Under the pieces are notes generated by a model that had not been told where the DNA came from, did not search any database, and saw nothing but the letters and a program-made list of their open reading frames with translations. Below, piece by piece: positions 59,979 to 64,000 of a stretch of DNA of 64,000 nt. The number at the start of each line of letters is the position of its first letter. Position 1 is the first letter of the stretch. Source of the stretch: an uncultured Pseudobdellovibrionaceae bacterium (GTDB lineage: Bacteria; Bdellovibrionota; Bdellovibrionia; Bdellovibrionales; JAGQZY01); assembly GCA_964351315.1 (NCBI GenBank), contig CAYGNH010000002.1, positions 216,269 through 280,268 of the forward strand, given 5' to 3'. The translations under genes were made by a program, and so were the position numbers.

Positions 59979-60216
59979 AAAAAGGGGGATATGGGATCGT
60001 ACCCTCTATATAAGCAATCGCAAGGCCAGGCCAGGCCACTAAAACTTCTAATAATATCAACAATATAGAAAACCGGTGATTTTTCAGCGCTGTCAAAGTT
60101 GTGGAAAAGTGACGTAAATTGTTAGTCAAATTTGGCTCCGCTCTCCCGACCAATTCCTATCGTTGTAGAGCTCGACTGGAACACGCCTGCCAAATCCGAT
60201 ATTAAAACCCATCGCC

Positions 60217-60774
60217 TTAAAGACAGTTGTTTTGAAGCTGGAAAAAGCGGCGACAGGCTTGGCTGGGGCTATCGCAAAGATTTTGGTCGGAAGTGGTTTC
60301 CGAATAATCCTGGCACTGGCGAAGACCGCCGTCATTCACTTTGACGTTAACAACTCCCGTCTCCACAGAGGTTTGGTCGACCCACAACTCATAGGAAATT
60401 TGATTGTCGCCCATTTCAAGTAAGGGATTTTGCAAAAGGGTCTCAACCCAAAGGTTGATTTTCTTTTCGCTTCTATTGTTCGAGGCATCCCATTGGGATT
60501 TCTTGCGAACGGTTTTTCCATTTTGTTTTTGGTTGGTCAGTTCCACTCTTGTAACCGGTTTATTGGTGACGTGATTGAAGTGGGCCCAACTAAAGGGGTG
60601 CAATAAATAACCTCGACAAAAATGAGTTTGAGATTTGGTCTGTTGACCACCGAAGCAAGTCACGCGGTAACGACCCTCGAGCTCGACATGGGTGAATTCC
60701 CGTTGTCCTTGAAAGTCGGCCCCACTGGCTAAAATAGGCATTAAAAATACAGTTAGAAGTGTGAGTATTTTCAT
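60217..60774 (-). CDS. Secreted hypothetical protein (185 aa, Cys-containing)
   Basis: ATG at 60774 and signal peptide MKILTLLTVFLMPILASGA. Confidence 0.6.
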   Translation of the reverse strand: MKILTLLTVFLMPILASGADFQGQREFTHVELEGRYRVTCFGGQQTKSQTHFCRGYLLHPFSWAHFNHVTNKPVTRVELTNQKQNGKTVRKKSQWDASNNRSEKKINLWVETLLQNPLLEMGDNQISYELWVDQTSVETGVVNVKVNDGGLRQCQDYSETTSDQNLCDSPSQACRRFFQLQNNCL

Positions 60775-60841
60775 AAAATCCCCCATGACAACCCTATTGT
60801 CGCCCCACCCCGGACAAGAGGCCAGTCACAACGCACCATCT

Positions 60842-60895
60842 CTGCTAGAAAAGGTACGCCGTTCTGTTTGAGCAGAACGGCGTACCTTTTCTAGC
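60842..60895. repeat. Perfect 24-bp inverted repeat with a 6-nt spacer
   Basis: TGCTAGAAAAGGTACGCCGTTCTG-tttgag-CAGAACGGCGTACCTTTTCTAGCA. I checked it base by base. Confidence 0.95.
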
Positions 60896-60958
60896 ACCTT
60901 GGACTGGAACTGGGGCCTTTCGTTTCACTCTCGGCCTTTGAAGGCTAAAATAGAAACT

Positions 60959-61711
60959 ATGAAAATCCTTTTCGCCAGCCTTATTTTCCTCTGTACGCCT
61001 TGCTGGGGCGCCCTTCGTATCACCATCGATCCGGGGCACGGAGGGGACGAAAAAGGTGCCGTTCATCAGGGTGTGGTGGAATCGCAGTTGGCCCTGCAAA
61101 TTTCGAAACGCCTGTTTCGTCGATTGAGTCAGGATAAAAAATTTCAGGTACAAATCCTTCGCGAAAACGACGCCAACGTGGAGTTAGAAGATCGGGTGAA
61201 AAAGTCAGAGAAATTTGCCACCGACCTGTTTATTTCAATTCACGCCAATGCCAATCCCAATCAAAATATTTCTGGGATTGAATTTTACATTCAAAATCAG
61301 CTCCCGGTAGAAGAAGAGGCTTTGTTTCTTGCTCATATGGAACACAGTGAATCCAGCTCAGAGAAATCCCGACCCATGGGAGATGTGGACAGCATTATTT
61401 ACGACTTAGAGAAATCCCACAAAATTTTGACGAGCTATCAGATTGGCGGATATCTGCGAAAAAAATGGTCACAAAAAAAACGCTATCCCATTCGACAAGG
61501 CCCCTTCTACGTTTTAAGTCAAACCGAAATACCCGCGGTTCTCATTGAAGTTGGGTACCTGACCAATCGCCAAGAACGGACTCGTTTGACTCACAAGGAT
61601 TATCAAGAGGATTTAGCAAAGAAAATTCATTTAGCCCTTTCGGACTATGCGAAAAACATGGACAAACTTCCCTCGGGCATTCTAAAAACACAGAATGCAA
61701 AGACACGATAA
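60959..61711 (+). CDS. N-acetylmuramoyl-L-alanine amidase (Amidase_3 family)
   Basis: Signal peptide, then ...ITIDPGHGGDEKGA..., ...DLFISIHANA..., ...PAVLIEVGYLTN... Confidence 0.85.
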   Translation: MKILFASLIFLCTPCWGALRITIDPGHGGDEKGAVHQGVVESQLALQISKRLFRRLSQDKKFQVQILRENDANVELEDRVKKSEKFATDLFISIHANANPNQNISGIEFYIQNQLPVEEEALFLAHMEHSESSSEKSRPMGDVDSIIYDLEKSHKILTSYQIGGYLRKKWSQKKRYPIRQGPFYVLSQTEIPAVLIEVGYLTNRQERTRLTHKDYQEDLAKKIHLALSDYAKNMDKLPSGILKTQNAKTR

Positions 61712-62417
61712 TAGAACTCTCGATCAACTTCGCCCCGTCAAAATAACCACCCAATTCAATCGTTACGCTGAAGGCAGTGCTCTGGTTGAGTTTGGACACA
61801 CCAAAGTCGCCTGCAGCGCCTCTGTCGAAACCAGTATTCCAAAATGGCTGCAGGGACAAGATCAAGGCTGGGTCACAGCAGAGTATGGAATGCTTCCCCG
61901 CTCCACTCACGATCGTATGCGCCGAGACAAAACCAGTACCTCAGGTCGGTCGCAAGAGATTTCCCGATTGATTGCCCGCTCGCTGCGAAGCTGTGTCGAC
62001 CTCTACAAACTGAAAGATGTGCAAATCACAGTCGACTGCGATGTTTTACAAGCAGACGGAGGCACTCGCACAGCCGCGATCACAGGCGGTTATGTGGCTC
62101 TGGCTCAAGCCATTGATTACCTTCTAGAGAAAAAGCAAATTCCAGAAAATCCCCTTTTAAATAAAGTGGCCGCAATCAGCGTCGGACTCCTAGAAAATCA
62201 AGCCTACCTTGATCTGTGCTACCAAGAAGACAGCAACGCCGAAACCGATTGCAACTTCGTGATCAATGACCAAGGTGGATTGGTAGAAATTCAAGGAACC
62301 GCTGAAGAGGGGTCTTTTTCACGAGATCAGTTCAACACCATGCTCGATTTAGCTATTAAGGGTTGTGAAGAATTGCACCAAATGCAAGGTTTGGCTTTGC
62401 AAGGGAGACACACTTGA
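61695..62417 (+). CDS. rph: Ribonuclease PH
   Basis: ...LRPVKITTQFNRYAEGSALVEFGHTKV...GWVTAEYGMLPRSTH...CDVLQADGGTRTAAITG... is canonical. Confidence 0.95.
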   Translation: MQRHDNRTLDQLRPVKITTQFNRYAEGSALVEFGHTKVACSASVETSIPKWLQGQDQGWVTAEYGMLPRSTHDRMRRDKTSTSGRSQEISRLIARSLRSCVDLYKLKDVQITVDCDVLQADGGTRTAAITGGYVALAQAIDYLLEKKQIPENPLLNKVAAISVGLLENQAYLDLCYQEDSNAETDCNFVINDQGGLVEIQGTAEEGSFSRDQFNTMLDLAIKGCEELHQMQGLALQGRHT

Positions 62418-63010
62418 TGGAGTTGTGGCTGGCCACTGGGAACAAAGGGAAAATTGACGAAATTAAAAATCTATTAAAAGATCTCCCCATTGAGATTCAC
62501 ACCCAAGATGAGATGAGCTACTTTTCACAACCGCCCGAAGATGGTGACAGCTTCATCGCCAATGCGAAAATCAAAGCCAAATCTCTGCACGCCATGCAAC
62601 CGGAATCTTGGACACTCGCAGATGATTCCGGTTTGGTGGTGGAAGGATTGGGAGGTCTCCCCGGCATTCACTCGGCCCGCTACGCGGGCCCCCAAGCTCG
62701 CTCGTCTGAAAACAACGCCAAATTGTTGAAAATGATGCAACTTCGAAGCGCCACCAATCGGAAAGCCCACTACCACTGCGCCCTTTTCGCCATTGACCCC
62801 TCAGGACAAGAGCACGTTTTTGAAGGCCAACTTTTAGGAGAAATTTCCAAGTCGGCTCGTGGTGAAGGGGGATTTGGTTATGATCCGGTTTTTATCCCTG
62901 AAGGCGAAGACAGAACGGTCGCCGAAATGAGCGCCGCTGAAAAAAATGCAATATCCCACCGTTCTATAGCTTTAAAAGCTTTCGTTGAAGCTTTAAAAAC
63001 AACTTTCTAA
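62417..63010 (+). CDS. rdgB: dITP/XTP pyrophosphatase (RdgB/Ham1 family)
   Basis: ...LATGNKGKIDEI..., ...DDSGLVVEGLGGLPGIHSARY..., ...GFGYDPVFIP..., ...ISHRS... Confidence 0.9.
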   Translation: MELWLATGNKGKIDEIKNLLKDLPIEIHTQDEMSYFSQPPEDGDSFIANAKIKAKSLHAMQPESWTLADDSGLVVEGLGGLPGIHSARYAGPQARSSENNAKLLKMMQLRSATNRKAHYHCALFAIDPSGQEHVFEGQLLGEISKSARGEGGFGYDPVFIPEGEDRTVAEMSAAEKNAISHRSIALKAFVEALKTTF

Positions 63011-63055
63011 TTCAAATATTTACAAGGTCGCCGAAGGGTGATAACAGGGTGAGTC

Positions 63056-64000
63056 ATGTCGCAAATAAAAATGTTCTCCGGAACCTCCAACCCCCCATTC
63101 GCCCAAGCCGTCGCCAAATCGGCCGGTGTGAAGCTGGGAAGTTCTGAAATCACTCGATTCGCCGATGGCGAAGTTCAGGTGGAAATACACGAAAGCGTTC
63201 GTGGCGACAGTGTCTTTGTCATTCAAAGCGCTTGCCCCCCGGTCAACGAGAATTACATGGAGCTTTTTGTGATGCTAGACGCCCTAAAACGCGCCTCAGC
63301 CAAGGAAGTCACTGCCGTCATCCCCTACTATGGATACGCTCGCCAGGACCGAAAAGTCGCCCCTAGAGCCCCGATTTCAGCAAAATGTATGGCCGACTTG
63401 GTCACCGCCGCTGGGGCCACACGAGTGGTTTGTGTGGACCTGCACGCCGCTCAGATCCAAGGCTTCTTCAACTGCCCTGTGGACCATCTTTACGCTATCC
63501 CCACCTTGGCCAATCAGTGGAAAAGCCGTTACGGAAGCGGTGATGAGTTTGTTGTCGTCAGTCCGGATGCTGGTGGAGTCGAGCGAGCCCGAGCTTTTGC
63601 CAAAAAAATCAATTGCTCCATGGCCATTATCGATAAGCGGCGAAGCAGCCCCAATGAAGCCAAGGCTTTACGTTTGATCGGAGAGGTCACCGGAAAAACG
63701 GCCATCATCGTTGATGACATGATCGACACCGCCGGCACATTAACACAAGCTGTTGACAGTCTTATCAAAAATGGGGCAAAAAGGGTCTTCGCAGTCGCAA
63801 CGCATGCCCTTTTCTCAGGCCCCGCAGTGGGACGTTTGACTGAAAGTGGTGTGGAAAAGGTTTTGGTGTCTGACACCATTCCTTTAAGTGAAGAGGCCAT
63901 AGCCTGCGGCAAAATGGAGGTCATCAGTATGGCCCCCGTGGTTGCAGAAGCTTTATTGCGAATATACGGAAATGCGTCGGTCTCATCACTGTTTAATGAC
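63056..64000 (+). CDS. prs: Ribose-phosphate pyrophosphokinase (3' end runs off the window)
   Basis: Hand translation from ATG at 63056 gives MSQIKMFSGTSNPPFAQAVA...YYGYARQDRK...IIVDDMIDTAGT...SVSSLFND. No stop occurs before position 64000. This gene is absent from the ORF track. Confidence 0.93.
   Translation, partial: MSQIKMFSGTSNPPFAQAVAKSAGVKLGSSEITRFADGEVQVEIHESVRGDSVFVIQSACPPVNENYMELFVMLDALKRASAKEVTAVIPYYGYARQDRKVAPRAPISAKCMADLVTAAGATRVVCVDLHAAQIQGFFNCPVDHLYAIPTLANQWKSRYGSGDEFVVVSPDAGGVERARAFAKKINCSMAIIDKRRSSPNEAKALRLIGEVTGKTAIIVDDMIDTAGTLTQAVDSLIKNGAKRVFAVATHALFSGPAVGRLTESGVEKVLVSDTIPLSEEAIACGKMEVISMAPVVAEALLRIYGNASVSSLFND

Noticed and set aside
1-64000. I searched for CRISPR arrays, transposases, integrases, phage genes, toxin-antitoxin pairs and restriction or other defence systems.
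   Set aside because: I saw no repeat-spacer periodicity. No ORF has recombinase, transposase or recognisable defence-protein motifs. The window reads as core chromosome plus envelope and secretion genes.

Overview
Densely coding chromosomal window with about 60 CDS and one tRNA. I saw no rRNA, CRISPR array, transposase, integrase or prophage signature. All calls come from reading the translated ORFs and the DNA by eye; no searches were run.

Layout:
- 1-3.1 kb: two tandem Cys-rich prepilin-like genes, tRNA-Pro(GGG), an SH3b lipoprotein, and a GC-richer orphan gene.
- 3.3-22.3 kb, minus strand: the conserved thrS-infC-rpmI-rplT ... pheS-pheT-ihfA-merR cluster. It is interrupted by about 11 kb holding a tightly overlapping mevalonate operon (fni, mvaA, phosphomevalonate kinase, grxB, mvaD, mvk) and four plus-strand genes (rsmG, trmH-like, nupC, a spermidine-synthase-like fusion).
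- 22.7-30.1 kb: a complete alternative complex III operon (actABCDEF).
- 30.5-36.9 kb: an S8/P-domain protease, a small conserved orphan, system II cytochrome c biogenesis (resB, ccsA), and a translationally coupled N-formylglutamate-amidohydrolase-family gene.
- 37.0-40.2 kb: a PduO-type adenosyltransferase followed by three uncharacterised proteins. One reads as a FabD-like acyltransferase without its serine nucleophile.
- 40.2-55.5 kb: a complete divergent type II secretion locus. The minus arm is OMP-gspC-gspD-gspE-pal-like and the plus arm is gspFGHIJKLMN.
- 55.5-64 kb: several secreted or outer-membrane orphans, a DUF962 protein, ssb, an amidase, rph, rdgB, and prs (runs off the right edge).

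Gene content (ACIII, mevalonate pathway, PilM-like GspL with a long GspN) fits a Bdellovibrio-like or Oligoflexia-type bacterium. That is inference only.

No unambiguous novel system is visible. The best candidates for undescribed biology are:
- the Ser-less FabD-like / two-lobed unknown / secreted-protein cluster at 37.6-40.2 kb;
- glutaredoxin 2 wired into the mevalonate operon;
- the non-canonical accessories inside the T2SS operon (Pal-like lipoprotein, small beta-barrel, mini-ORF, long-leader pseudopilin);
- the Cys-rich pilin-like paralogs;
- a perfect 24-bp palindrome in a divergent promoter.
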